This document shows, in pieces, positions 46,339 to 55,565 of a DNA stretch of 58,427 bases (its first letter is position 1; each line of letters starts with the position of its first letter). Made by a program: the position numbers and the translations under genes. The stretch spans positions 62,001-120,427 of the forward strand of contig JBBEBM010000035.1 in NCBI GenBank assembly GCA_040882355.1, given 5' to 3'. The DNA comes from Dehalococcoidia bacterium. Its GTDB lineage: Bacteria; Chloroflexota; Dehalococcoidia; DSTF01; RBG-16-68-14. Below the pieces are notes generated by a model. It ran no database searches. It worked only from the letters and a program-made list of their open reading frames with translations, and had not been told where the DNA came from.

Positions 46339-47543
46339 CCCGCCCGCGCCTTCAGCAGCGCCGCCACCCGGTTCAGGACGCGCCAGGCGACATCGTCCTT
46401 GGAGAGCAGCGGCAGCGTCTCCGCAGCGCCGGACGCGTCGATGATTGTGACGCGGTTCGTGTCGACGGCGAAGCCCGACTCCGGGTCGGTCACGTCGTTC
46501 GCGACGACCAGGTCCAGGTTCTTGCGGTGGAGCATCTCACGCGCGTTTTCCACCACGTTCTGGCTTTCGGCCTTGAACCCCACCCGGACGAAGTCCCCAC
46601 GGACCTCGGACAGGATGTCGGGCGTGGGCACCATATCGAGCGTCAGACCGCCGCGGCCCGCCTTCTTGATCTTGTGTTCCTCCGCGGCGCCCGGCCCGAA
46701 GTCGGCGACGGCCGCGGCCATGATCAGCGCATCGGCGCCCTGGCACGCAGCCTTGACCGCGCCGCGCATCTCCCGGGCGCTTCGCGCCGGCGTGAGGCGC
46801 ACCCCGTACGGGCAGAGCAGCGCGGTGGGAGCGGTGATCAGGGTGACGTCGGCGCCGCGATCGCGGGCGGCCGTCGCCAGCGCATAGCCCATCTTGCCTG
46901 ACGAGTGGTTGCTCACGTAGCGCACCGGATCGATCGGCTCCTGCGTCCCGCCGGCGGTGACGACCACCCGTCGGCCGGCGAAGTCGCCGCCACGCCCGAT
47001 CGCCTGGCGGACGGCGCCCAACAGCGTCTCGGTCTCGACGAGACGGCCGCGCCCCACGCGGCCACTCGCCAGACGGCCCTCGGCCGGACCGACGATAGTG
47101 TAGCCGCGCTCAGCGAGCGTCCGCAGGTTGACCTGCGTCGCGACTTGCTCGAACATCTGGTGGTCCATCGCCGGCGCGATGAGCACCGGCGCGGTGGTTG
47201 CGAGCACGGTCAGGCTCACCATGTCGTCCGCGAGTCCCTGGGCGAGCTTCGCGATGGTGGTCGCACTCGCCGGGGCGACGATGACCGCATCCGTTCGCCG
47301 CGCGATCTCCACATGTTCTTCCCACAGATCTGTGCCCGGGTCGTACATGTCGAGGAACACCGGACGGCCCGTGAGGCTGCGTAGCGTCAACGGCGTGACG
47401 AAGCGCGTCGCCGACTCCGTCATCAGTACGTCCACCTTCGCCCCGGCCTGGGTGAGCTTGCTCGCCAGCTCGGCCGCCTTGTAGGCAGCGATGCTGCCGG
47501 TGACGCCCAGGGCGATATGCCGGTCTCGCAGGACGTTACTCAC
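46335..47543 (-). CDS. coaBC: phosphopantothenoylcysteine decarboxylase/ligase
   Basis: GVTGSIAAYKA, APAM, TAGGTQEPIDPVRYVSNHSSGKMG, VGFKAES. Confidence 0.96.
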   Translation of the reverse strand: MSNVLRDRHIALGVTGSIAAYKAAELASKLTQAGAKVDVLMTESATRFVTPLTLRSLTGRPVFLDMYDPGTDLWEEHVEIARRTDAVIVAPASATTIAKLAQGLADDMVSLTVLATTAPVLIAPAMDHQMFEQVATQVNLRTLAERGYTIVGPAEGRLASGRVGRGRLVETETLLGAVRQAIGRGGDFAGRRVVVTAGGTQEPIDPVRYVSNHSSGKMGYALATAARDRGADVTLITAPTALLCPYGVRLTPARSAREMRGAVKAACQGADALIMAAAVADFGPGAAEEHKIKKAGRGGLTLDMVPTPDILSEVRGDFVRVGFKAESQNVVENAREMLHRKNLDLVVANDVTDPESGFAVDTNRVTIIDASGAAETLPLLSKDDVAWRVLNRVAALLKARAG

Positions 47544-48306
47544 GGTTCGCCTCGTAGATCAAACGCAGGCCGTGGAGCGTCAAATCAAGGTCCACGACAT
47601 CGAAGAGCGAGGCCTCCCGGTCGAAGAGCTCCGCCCAGCCACCCGTGCCGATCACCTTGGCCGACCCGCCCAACTCATCCTTGAAACGGCCCACCATCCC
47701 CTCGATAAGGCCGATGTACCCGTAGAGCAGCCCCGACTGGATAGCAGCGATCGTATTCTTGCCGATGGCGCTGGGCGGGCGGCTCAGCTCGACCGGGTAG
47801 AGCTTGGCCGCCCGCTCGAACAGTGCCTCCGCAGCCACGTGGATCCCCGGCGCGATCGCGCCGCCCAGATAGTCGCCCTCCGCGTTCACCGCATCGAAGA
47901 CGAGGCCGGTGCCCAGGTCAACGATCACGAATGGCGGCGGGCCGTAGCGGTTCATCGCAGCGACCACGTCGGCGATCCGGTCGGCGCCCACGTCCCGCGG
48001 ACTGTCGTACAGCACCCGCACGCCGGTACGCGTTCCCGTCCCGACGACGAGCGGCTGCACGTCGAAGTGACGCCGGCAGAGCGCGTCGAAGACGGGCACC
48101 AGGTCAGGCACGCCGCTCGCGAGCGACGCGTCCGTGATCTGCTGCGCGTCGATCTTCGACGCGTCCAGCAGGCCAAGCAAGATCACCGCGTACTCGTCCG
48201 CGAGGCGCTCGTGGTTCGTCGCGACGCGCCACGTCGCGCGCAGCTCCTCGCCCTCGAACAGGCCGATGGTGATCGTGGTGTTCCCAACATCGATGGCGAG
48301 CAGCAT
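47536..48306 (-). CDS. coaX: type III pantothenate kinase
   Basis: MLLAIDVGNT, VGADR, VDLGT, YLGGAIAPG, GTGG. Confidence 0.95.
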   Translation of the reverse strand: MLLAIDVGNTTITIGLFEGEELRATWRVATNHERLADEYAVILLGLLDASKIDAQQITDASLASGVPDLVPVFDALCRRHFDVQPLVVGTGTRTGVRVLYDSPRDVGADRIADVVAAMNRYGPPPFVIVDLGTGLVFDAVNAEGDYLGGAIAPGIHVAAEALFERAAKLYPVELSRPPSAIGKNTIAAIQSGLLYGYIGLIEGMVGRFKDELGGSAKVIGTGGWAELFDREASLFDVVDLDLTLHGLRLIYEANRE

Positions 48307-48447
48307 GATGAGATCCGGCAGGCCCGGTGCTACCGGGCGCCGCTCATTATAGAAACGCGTCACGCGGCGTCGCAACGGGCGCTGGTGCTTAGGAAAGGGT
48401 CTGTGTGAATTTTTGTGGAACTCGCGGGGATAATCACCATAAGAGCC

Positions 48448-48478
48448 TTGACCTGATCGGCATGCACTGTGGTATGCT
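48448..48478 (+). promoter_or_regulatory. putative dnaA promoter
   Basis: TTGACC-N19-TATGCT with extended -10 TG; degenerate DnaA-box-like CGGGGATAA at 48425-48433. Confidence 0.45.
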
Positions 48479-48687
48479 CACCATCGCCTGGGGCTTGTCC
48501 CTCTTCCACCGTCAACGGCCAACCGGCGCACAGCGCCGCGCGGTCGGCGCGGCCAGCAGCGGCAGGTCTACCCCTAAGGCAGAGCAATCATTTCACCTGG
48601 TCAAGGATACTCGCGTTCGCCAGGCGAGCGCCCGGGTGGCAGCGCATACCCTAACGCAGGGCAGCAAACGGAGGGAGGTCGTTTCCT

Positions 48688-50031
48688 TTGCCAAGCCGGA
48701 CAGCGCACGAGCTGTGGGAAACAGCGCTCGGTCAGTTAGAGCTCCAGGTCACCCGGCCAAACTTCGAAACATGGCTGCGCAGCACCACAGGGCTTCGCTA
48801 CGACAGCGACGCCCTCGTCGTCGGCGTCCCTTCGGACTTCGTCCTCGAGTGGCTACGCGGCCAGCTCGCCGGGCCGATCAACAAGACCGTCTCTCAGCTC
48901 GCCGGCGACCCGCTGTCCGTCAACTTCGAAGTGCTCGGCGCCCAGCGGCTGACGCCCCCCGCAAACAACGGCCGCAAGCCGGCCCCTCCCTCCAGTACCC
49001 TGCCCTTCCGGCCGAACGCTCGCTTCACCTTCGACACCTTCTCCGTCGTTGACAGCAACCGCCTCGCCTATCGCGCTGCTCAGCAGGTCGCCGCGGGCGA
49101 CGCCGCCTACAATCCACTCATCATCTGCGGCTCGCCCGGCCTCGGTAAGACACACCTCCTGCACGCCATCGCCCAGCACGCCGCCGCCGCGCGCAAGGCC
49201 GTCGCGCTGATGACGGCGGACGACTTTGTCAACGACTTCACATCGACCGTGCGCGCAGGACAGCCTGCCACCTTCCGCGCCGGCTTCAACGGCTGCGACC
49301 TGTTCTTGCTGGACGATCTGCAGACCCTCTCCACAAAGCCTGGCTCTCGCCGCCAGTTTTTCCACCTCTTCGAGTCGCTGTCCTCCACAGGCTGCGCGTT
49401 TGCCCTCGCGTCCGACACCCCGCCCGCCAACCTGCCGCAGATCCCCACGCAACTCCTGTCTCGCCTCGAGGCCGGCCTCACCGTCGAGTTGCAGCCTCCG
49501 TCCCCGGCCGAACGGTTGCGGATCGTCAAGACCCTCGCTTCCGGCTACCCGACGCCGCCTTCCGCCGACGTCCTGCGCCTCATCGCTGATTCCGCCACAG
49601 GCGGACACGGCTCGGTGCGCCACCTCGTTGGTTCCCTCAACCGCATCATCGCCTATGGCGAACTCACAGGCTCCCCGGTCCCAGTGGAGGCCGCGCCCGG
49701 CGTTCTGGCGCCGCTCCGCCAGTTGCCTGGGGAGCTAACCCCCTCCACCGTGCTCGATGCGGTCTGCCGTCACTTCCACATCTCGTCCGAGCAGATCGCC
49801 GGACCATCCCGCGCCCACGACGTCGCCTACGCCCGCCACATCGCCATGTACCTCCTGCGCACCTACAACCAGCAGCCCCTCACCCGGATCGGCCAGCTCC
49901 TGGGCGGCCGCGACCACACGACCGTTCTTTACGGCTACGAGCGCGTCCAACGAGACCTCAGGAGCTTTCCCCGTACCCGCGCCGACCTGGAGCAGCTCGA
50001 ATCCGCCCTCCGCGAACTCGCCACAGGCTGA
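48688..50031 (+). CDS. dnaA: chromosomal replication initiator DnaA (divergent)
   Basis: Domain I FETWL, FTFDTF, YNPL, GSPGLGKTHLL, LLDD, LLSRLEAGL, ARHIAMYL, GGRDHTTV; TTG start with GGGAGG RBS. Confidence 0.92.
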   Translation: MPSRTAHELWETALGQLELQVTRPNFETWLRSTTGLRYDSDALVVGVPSDFVLEWLRGQLAGPINKTVSQLAGDPLSVNFEVLGAQRLTPPANNGRKPAPPSSTLPFRPNARFTFDTFSVVDSNRLAYRAAQQVAAGDAAYNPLIICGSPGLGKTHLLHAIAQHAAAARKAVALMTADDFVNDFTSTVRAGQPATFRAGFNGCDLFLLDDLQTLSTKPGSRRQFFHLFESLSSTGCAFALASDTPPANLPQIPTQLLSRLEAGLTVELQPPSPAERLRIVKTLASGYPTPPSADVLRLIADSATGGHGSVRHLVGSLNRIIAYGELTGSPVPVEAAPGVLAPLRQLPGELTPSTVLDAVCRHFHISSEQIAGPSRAHDVAYARHIAMYLLRTYNQQPLTRIGQLLGGRDHTTVLYGYERVQRDLRSFPRTRADLEQLESALRELATG

Positions 50032-50041
50032 TCGCGCCGTC

Positions 50042-50082
50042 ACACTCCCCACACTCCCCAGCCTTATAATGATCTATTACTC
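50042..50082. other. candidate oriC unwinding region
   Basis: CTCCCCACA-CTCCCCA-GCC-TTATAATGATCTATTAC directly 3' of dnaA; apparent C-to-G strand-bias switch here. Confidence 0.65.
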
Positions 50083-50691
50083 ATGGCATCGGCAGCAGCA
50101 CTGATCGGAATTCTAGGAGGAACGTTTGATCCTCCACATGTGGGACATCTGATTCTCGCTGAGGAAGCACGCGTGCAGCTTGGGCTGGGAACGGTGCTCT
50201 GGCTACCGGCGGGTGTGCCCTGGCGGAAGGCGGAGCGGAGCGTGTCGCCGGCCGCGGACCGGCTTGAGATGGTGGCGCGGGCGATCGCCGGGAACGAGGC
50301 GTTCGAGCTGTGCACGGTCGAGGCCGAGCGGACGGGACCATCCTATATGGTCGAGACGCTGGAGGCGCTGGGCGGACGCGGCGAGCCGTGCGTCATCATG
50401 GGCGCCGACGCGCTGTTGGACCTGCCGAACTGGAAGGAGCCGGAGCGGCTGATGGAGCTGGCGCGGCTGGCGGTCGCTCGGCGCGGCGAGGGTGATGAGG
50501 CGCTCGCGGAAGTGGAACGCGTGCTCCCCGGTGTGACGGAGCGGGTCGCCTGGGTACAGATGCCGCGGATCGAGATCAGCTCGACCACCCTCCGCCGCCG
50601 GATCGAGGAAGGCCGGAGTATCCGCTACCTCGTTCCGAATGCTGTGAGTGATTACATCGAACAGCGGGGCCTGTATCGCGGCGGCGCTTGA
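50083..50691 (+). CDS. nadD: nicotinate-nucleotide adenylyltransferase
   Basis: GILGGTFDPPHVGH, IMGAD, W, ISSTTLR. Confidence 0.95.
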   Translation: MASAAALIGILGGTFDPPHVGHLILAEEARVQLGLGTVLWLPAGVPWRKAERSVSPAADRLEMVARAIAGNEAFELCTVEAERTGPSYMVETLEALGGRGEPCVIMGADALLDLPNWKEPERLMELARLAVARRGEGDEALAEVERVLPGVTERVAWVQMPRIEISSTTLRRRIEEGRSIRYLVPNAVSDYIEQRGLYRGGA

Positions 50692-50721
50692 CGGAACGGG
50701 GTGGTATCCTGGGTGGCGGCG

Positions 50722-51393
50722 ATGGACCCGGAAGAGAACACGACTGCAGATGAAGTGGACGAGCGCCCGCAGAGGCGCCGTGAGTGGTCGGGCGGGCTCC
50801 GCTCCGTGGTCCTGCCGCTGGCGATTCTAGCGGCGATCGTGGGAGGACTCTGGTACTGGCAGAACGCGGGGGGCGCTCCGGCGATAGACGATGCGTATGG
50901 TACCGTCGAGTTGCCTGAAGCGAAGAACGCGACGGGGCGTCCGCCCGTCGCCGAAGTGGGTCGAGCAGGTCCGGATTTCCTCCTTGAGACCCCGGCGGGT
51001 GGCACGCTACGCCTGAGCGACCTCCAGGGCAGCCCGGTGCTGATCAACTTCTGGGCGAGCTGGTGCCCGCCCTGCAAGGATGAGATACCCGAGCTGGTGA
51101 AGGCCTACGACAAGTACCAAGGCGAAGGTCTGGTGATCGTCGGCGTGAACCTGCAGGAGCCGGACGGAGCCGTGCGCGACTTCGCCCAGGACTTCGGCAT
51201 GAGGTTCCCCATCGGGATCGACCGTGACGGGGAAGTAGGCGACGCCTGGCGTCTCGGTGGCCCTTCCGACGGGATCCCGACGAGCTACTTTGTTGACGAG
51301 GCCGGCGTGATCCGCGACTTCTTCTACGGCCCGATGACCGACGACAAGCTGGCGGAGAAGCTGGCCGGAGTCCTGCCGGAGGGCGCGGGCTAG
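50722..51393 (+). CDS. membrane-anchored TlpA/ResA thiol-disulfide oxidoreductase
   Basis: TM helix, NFWASWCPPC, GIPTSYF. Confidence 0.92.
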   Translation: MDPEENTTADEVDERPQRRREWSGGLRSVVLPLAILAAIVGGLWYWQNAGGAPAIDDAYGTVELPEAKNATGRPPVAEVGRAGPDFLLETPAGGTLRLSDLQGSPVLINFWASWCPPCKDEIPELVKAYDKYQGEGLVIVGVNLQEPDGAVRDFAQDFGMRFPIGIDRDGEVGDAWRLGGPSDGIPTSYFVDEAGVIRDFFYGPMTDDKLAEKLAGVLPEGAG

Positions 51394-53069
51394 TGGCGCG
51401 GGCTGAAGCGCCTCAGCGCGCCGGTCTCCGATTCGGCTGGCGCGGCGTCGATCCGCTGCTGCCCATCTGGCGGCTGCTCACGTCGGTCCGCTTCGCGCTG
51501 GCGCTGCTCGGCTTCCTGGCTGTGGCCGGCCTCCTTTCGATCGTCCTGCCACAGGTTCCCGCGCCGATGCGTGGCAACGAGGCCGCCATCAGCGCCTGGC
51601 TCGAGGTGCAGAAGGGTACCTTTGGGCCCTTCACCGAGCCGTTCTACCGGCTGGGCCTGTTCAACGTCTTCTCTGCGCGCTGGTTCCTGGGCGGCCTGGC
51701 GGTGCTGGTCATCTCGGTCTGCGTGTGCACGGCCAACCGCTTCGCTCCGACGTGGCGCAACGTGACACGGCCCCAGGAACGCGTCCCCGATGGCTTCTTC
51801 GATAGAGCCGCGACGAACAGGGCGTCGCTGCCGGCTGTGGAGAACGGCGCTGACCGGCTGGAAGCGACGCTGAGAGCGCGCCGCTTCCGCGTGAAGCGTT
51901 TCGAGGAGGCAGGCGCAACCTATCTCTTCGCCGATCGCTTCGCCTGGGCGCAGCTCGCAACGTTCGTCAGCCACCTTGCGCTGATCATGTTCCTTGCGGG
52001 CGGGCTGATCTCGCGCGTCGGCGGCTACACCAACGCCCTGTTCGTCGCCGAAGGGACGACCAGCCCGATCTTCGCGGTGAGCCACCCGAGCCAGATGCAG
52101 GTGGAGGTAGTGGACGCCGTCGGGAAGTTCGACGCCGCTGGCACCCCGCTCGACTATCGCACCGAGCTCGTTATCTACCAGGGCGGCCGGGAGGTGGCCC
52201 GCGGCGTAACCACGGTGAACAGCCCGATGTCCTACGGCGGGTATCGCTTCCACCAGGCGGGCTACTTCGGCGAGGGCGCGGGTCTGCGTGTGCAGGACGC
52301 GAGTACGGGCAACACGGTCTACCACGAGGTGCTGGCGCTCGAACAGCTCGTGCCGGCGGCCGCGATCCAGGTCCGCGACTCCCAGGGCCGGCTCCTGCTC
52401 GACGACGTCATCGTCCCCACCGATTTCATCGACGACGCGAGCGGCACAGTAATCACGGTCCCCGGCGATGGGTCGCAGTTCTGGGTGGGCCTCCGACCGG
52501 ACGCGGAGCAAGAGACGTGGCAGATGCTCGTGTACCCGCCAGACGACGTCAAGGCGAGCACGCTGGTGCCGGCGGGCGGGACCCGCAGCGTGGCCGGCCT
52601 CTCGTTCACCTTCCTCGAGCCGACCGGCCTGCCTTCTCTGTCAGCGCCGGGTCTCGCGGACGATCCGGATCAGTCGCTCGTGGTGATGTCGCAAACTCCG
52701 GAGGGGACACCTTACCTGACCGCGCTGGGCCCGGTAGACGGCCAGGCGCTGACGTTGTACCCTGAGCAGCCGGTGGAGATAGAAGGCAGGATCTACACGT
52801 TCGAAGGGCGCCGCGAGTTCGCGGGCGTTGAGGTGCGCCGTGACCCGGGCGTGAACTTCATCTGGGTCGCGGCTGGCCTCCTGCTCGCCGGGCTAATGGT
52901 GACCTTCTACGTCCCGCGCCTGCGCCTCTGGGCGCGCGTGCGCGGCGGCGAGACGTCCCTCGCGGGCCTGGCCGAGAAGAGCGGCGCCTTCCAGGGAGAG
53001 GCGCGCCAGCTCGCGGAGGCGCTGGGAACGCAGGTCGTAAGCGAGGAGGGGGAGGGCAAGGATGCTTGA
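51393..53069 (+). CDS. cytochrome c biogenesis protein ResB/CcsB-like
   Basis: LTSVRFAL, GLFNVFSARWF, C..NRF, conserved His in VSHLAL, VNSP..Y.G, RDPG. Confidence 0.85.
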   Translation: MARAEAPQRAGLRFGWRGVDPLLPIWRLLTSVRFALALLGFLAVAGLLSIVLPQVPAPMRGNEAAISAWLEVQKGTFGPFTEPFYRLGLFNVFSARWFLGGLAVLVISVCVCTANRFAPTWRNVTRPQERVPDGFFDRAATNRASLPAVENGADRLEATLRARRFRVKRFEEAGATYLFADRFAWAQLATFVSHLALIMFLAGGLISRVGGYTNALFVAEGTTSPIFAVSHPSQMQVEVVDAVGKFDAAGTPLDYRTELVIYQGGREVARGVTTVNSPMSYGGYRFHQAGYFGEGAGLRVQDASTGNTVYHEVLALEQLVPAAAIQVRDSQGRLLLDDVIVPTDFIDDASGTVITVPGDGSQFWVGLRPDAEQETWQMLVYPPDDVKASTLVPAGGTRSVAGLSFTFLEPTGLPSLSAPGLADDPDQSLVVMSQTPEGTPYLTALGPVDGQALTLYPEQPVEIEGRIYTFEGRREFAGVEVRRDPGVNFIWVAAGLLLAGLMVTFYVPRLRLWARVRGGETSLAGLAEKSGAFQGEARQLAEALGTQVVSEEGEGKDA

Positions 53070-53982
53070 CGCGCTGGCGCTGCTGACCATCGAAATCGGC
53101 ATCGACCCCGAGATCGGCGAGTTCGGTGGCCTGCTGCTCACCTGGCACGGCGTCTTCACCGCCCTCGGCATCGCGGGAGGCGTGCTGCTGGGCGTGTTCA
53201 TCGGCCGGCGTCTGGGCTTCACCGAAGACGACGTCTACAGCATCGCCCTCGTCTCGATCCCCTGCGGCATCATCGGCGCGCGGGCTCTTTTCGTGATCGA
53301 GCGCTGGGGCGACATCGTGGACGATCCGGTGGACATCTTCCGGATCAACGAAGGCGGCATCGCGGTCTACGGAGCGATTATCGGCGGTGTGATAGGAGGG
53401 GTGATCTACTGCTGGATCCGCAAGCTGCCGGTGCGCCGGGCGATAGACGGCGCGGCGTGCGGCCTGCTGCTCGGGCTGGCCATCGGGCGGATCGGGGACC
53501 TGATCAACGGCGAGCACTTCGCCGAGCTGTCCGGCCTGCCCTGGGCCGTCCGCTACACCAACCTGAACAGCCCCAGCGTGCTCAGCCACCCGATCCCTTC
53601 CTGCTCGCCGGCTTCATCGGCGCCGGAGGCGCTGCACAACCTGTGCACGCAGCACCCGGCCGTCGCCTACGACATGCTGGGGAGCCTGGTGATCCTGGGC
53701 GTGGTGCTTCTCGTCTTGCGCTACGCCCGCCGCGAAGGCGTCGCCTTCTTCACGTTCCTGCTGCTCTACTCACTCCTGCGCCTGGGCGAGAGCGAGCTCC
53801 GCCTCGACAGCAGAGAGATCGTCTGGGGCCTCACGACGCCCCAGGTGACGGCCCTCTGCCTCATTCCGGTCGCCATCCTCGGGATCGTCGTCTGCTGGCG
53901 CATCGGCTCGCCTGAGCGAGAGGCGCCGGTGTCGCCTGCCAGGCCCGTGCCCGCGCCCGCAGGCGGCGGCCCGGCCGGCTAG
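53062..53982 (+). CDS. lgt: prolipoprotein diacylglyceryl transferase (variant motifs)
   Basis: IDP, TWHG, GARALFV, EGGIAVYGA, GRIGDLINGE, LPWA, HPAVAYD. Confidence 0.85.
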   Translation: MLDALALLTIEIGIDPEIGEFGGLLLTWHGVFTALGIAGGVLLGVFIGRRLGFTEDDVYSIALVSIPCGIIGARALFVIERWGDIVDDPVDIFRINEGGIAVYGAIIGGVIGGVIYCWIRKLPVRRAIDGAACGLLLGLAIGRIGDLINGEHFAELSGLPWAVRYTNLNSPSVLSHPIPSCSPASSAPEALHNLCTQHPAVAYDMLGSLVILGVVLLVLRYARREGVAFFTFLLLYSLLRLGESELRLDSREIVWGLTTPQVTALCLIPVAILGIVVCWRIGSPEREAPVSPARPVPAPAGGGPAG

Positions 53983-54291
53983 GGCTCGCCCGCCTTCGAC
54001 ATACTGACGACAACGCGTCGGAGGCCCAGCAACGTGCGCCGGCAAGCGCCGCGGGGCAGTCCCCCACGAACGGCCGCTCCGCAGATCGTGATCGAGCCAG
54101 TTGACGAGTGATTCGCTGTGCGCGTGGGCGGAGAGGCGGTCCAGGTCTGCTGCGACGAGCTGGACGCCCACCACTGGGGAAAGCACGCGTTGGAGGCCGT
54201 GAAGCAGGGGGTGCATCCCGGCCCGGATCGGCCGGACCATGCGCCGGCTCTGCCTCCTTGCCTCTCGCTACAACCTACCAGCGGCTGCGCG

Positions 54292-55239
54292 TTAGTCCAC
54301 GATGACGATGTTGCCCCGGTTGCCCACCATCGACTGCCAGGCGCGACCCTCGGCGACGCTGTAGAACCAGACATCGACCCAGGTCGACGCGAGCGCGCCC
54401 CGGTCGTTGCAAAGGAAGACGCGCCCGGTCGGGTCTCCCTCGATGCGGAAGCGCGTGCCGAATGGTAGGTTGCTGCTACAGGCGGCTGATCCCGCGGAGA
54501 CAGGCATGCCGCTGGCGGTGTTGCCGCAAAAGCCGTCGCCTACGCAGGCGTAGAACGTGATGGTGGAGGCCAGGCGCGTGCCGGGCGCGATCAAGGTCCC
54601 GCGTGAGATCCGCATCCCGCCCACTGCTGCGGAGCGTATGGCCGTGGCGCGACGGCTAGCCTCGACGGCGCTGGCCCAGGTCTCGAACGAGCGGGCGCTG
54701 TAGAGGGCGTCGCTCATGTAGGGCAGGATGAGCCGGTAGCCGACGTCCTGCACGTAGGACGCGATGCTTGCCTGGCGAGCGCCTTCGACGAAGCGGGTGG
54801 CGGGGGCCGTATTGCCCGCCAGCGCGTCTGAGAAGCGCACCTGCTGGATGAACGGGGCGTTGCCGACGAAGGTAGCGGCGCCCAGGCTCTCGACTCGCGT
54901 TGCCGCGCTGCCGCTGACGCCTGCCGAGCTGCTCACGGTCCGGACGCGCAGCGCCGTGCCGCTGCCCTGGTACGAGGCGACTGCGGGCAGGATTGTGGCG
55001 AGCGCGAGCGCGAGTGTCGCGATGCCAAGACCCACCATTGCGTAGCGTGAGAGGAAGCCAAGGAGCCCACTCAGCCATTCAGGCTGCGTCCCCAGCGCCT
55101 GTGTCCGAGACCTGAACCGAGGCGGCTCGATGAGCTGCGGCAGCGTCTGCTCCCGCAGGTAGGTAAGCGCAGCAACCGCGGTGTTGGCTGTCGGGAAACC
55201 TGCGGTTCTTGGATAGCGTTGAACGTCACTGTAGAGCAA
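54292..55239 (-). CDS. membrane-anchored 3D/DPBB-domain protein
   Basis: TITFY...TASG...AA...LPFGT...NDRG...VDVW; TM near N-terminus; start uncertain. Confidence 0.75.
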   Translation of the reverse strand: MLYSDVQRYPRTAGFPTANTAVAALTYLREQTLPQLIEPPRFRSRTQALGTQPEWLSGLLGFLSRYAMVGLGIATLALALATILPAVASYQGSGTALRVRTVSSSAGVSGSAATRVESLGAATFVGNAPFIQQVRFSDALAGNTAPATRFVEGARQASIASYVQDVGYRLILPYMSDALYSARSFETWASAVEASRRATAIRSAAVGGMRISRGTLIAPGTRLASTITFYACVGDGFCGNTASGMPVSAGSAACSSNLPFGTRFRIEGDPTGRVFLCNDRGALASTWVDVWFYSVAEGRAWQSMVGNRGNIVIVD

Positions 55240-55289
55240 AGCCCCACCCCCTATGGATTCAAGCTTGTGCGACTAGCACACAAGGCCGG

Positions 55290-55318
55290 ATTATCGGCGA
55301 GTGGAGAGCTATCGTCAA
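55290..55318 (-). promoter_or_regulatory. sigma70-type promoter of the 3D-domain gene
   Basis: TTGACG-N17-GATAAT. Confidence 0.7.
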
Positions 55319-55565
55319 GGCTCTGATGGCTTGCGTTTGTGAGGACTTTCCCTAATTAACCGCCCCGGTCTCAGATAGGGAAACGCGCTGAGCCGGCCGG
55401 GCGGGGACTCGCGGGGCGCCGCAGGAGCCCGGATCGGCGAATAGTGTTTCGGAAAGGGTGAAGCTGTCCACTCGGATTCTGGAAGCTGAGTTCCGCTGTT
55501 GCCGCCGCGACAAGTGCCCCGCGGTAGCCCTCGCCAGTGGCGCTCTTCTGTGCCACCATTGGGTT

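Noticed and set aside
48405..49052. 215-aa ORF upstream of and overlapping dnaA
   Set aside because: Out of frame with dnaA, low-complexity translation; region better explained as promoter and leader
53770..54240. Minus-strand 156-aa ORF with an AAGGAGG upstream
   Set aside because: Overlaps the lgt 3' end by over 200 nt, RBS spacing is long and the product is unrecognisable; cannot be supported
55384..55560. c-di-AMP (ydaO) riboswitch upstream of the 3D-domain gene
   Set aside because: Only a loose GAATCCG...CAGCT resemblance, other conserved blocks missing, and it lies upstream of the predicted promoter
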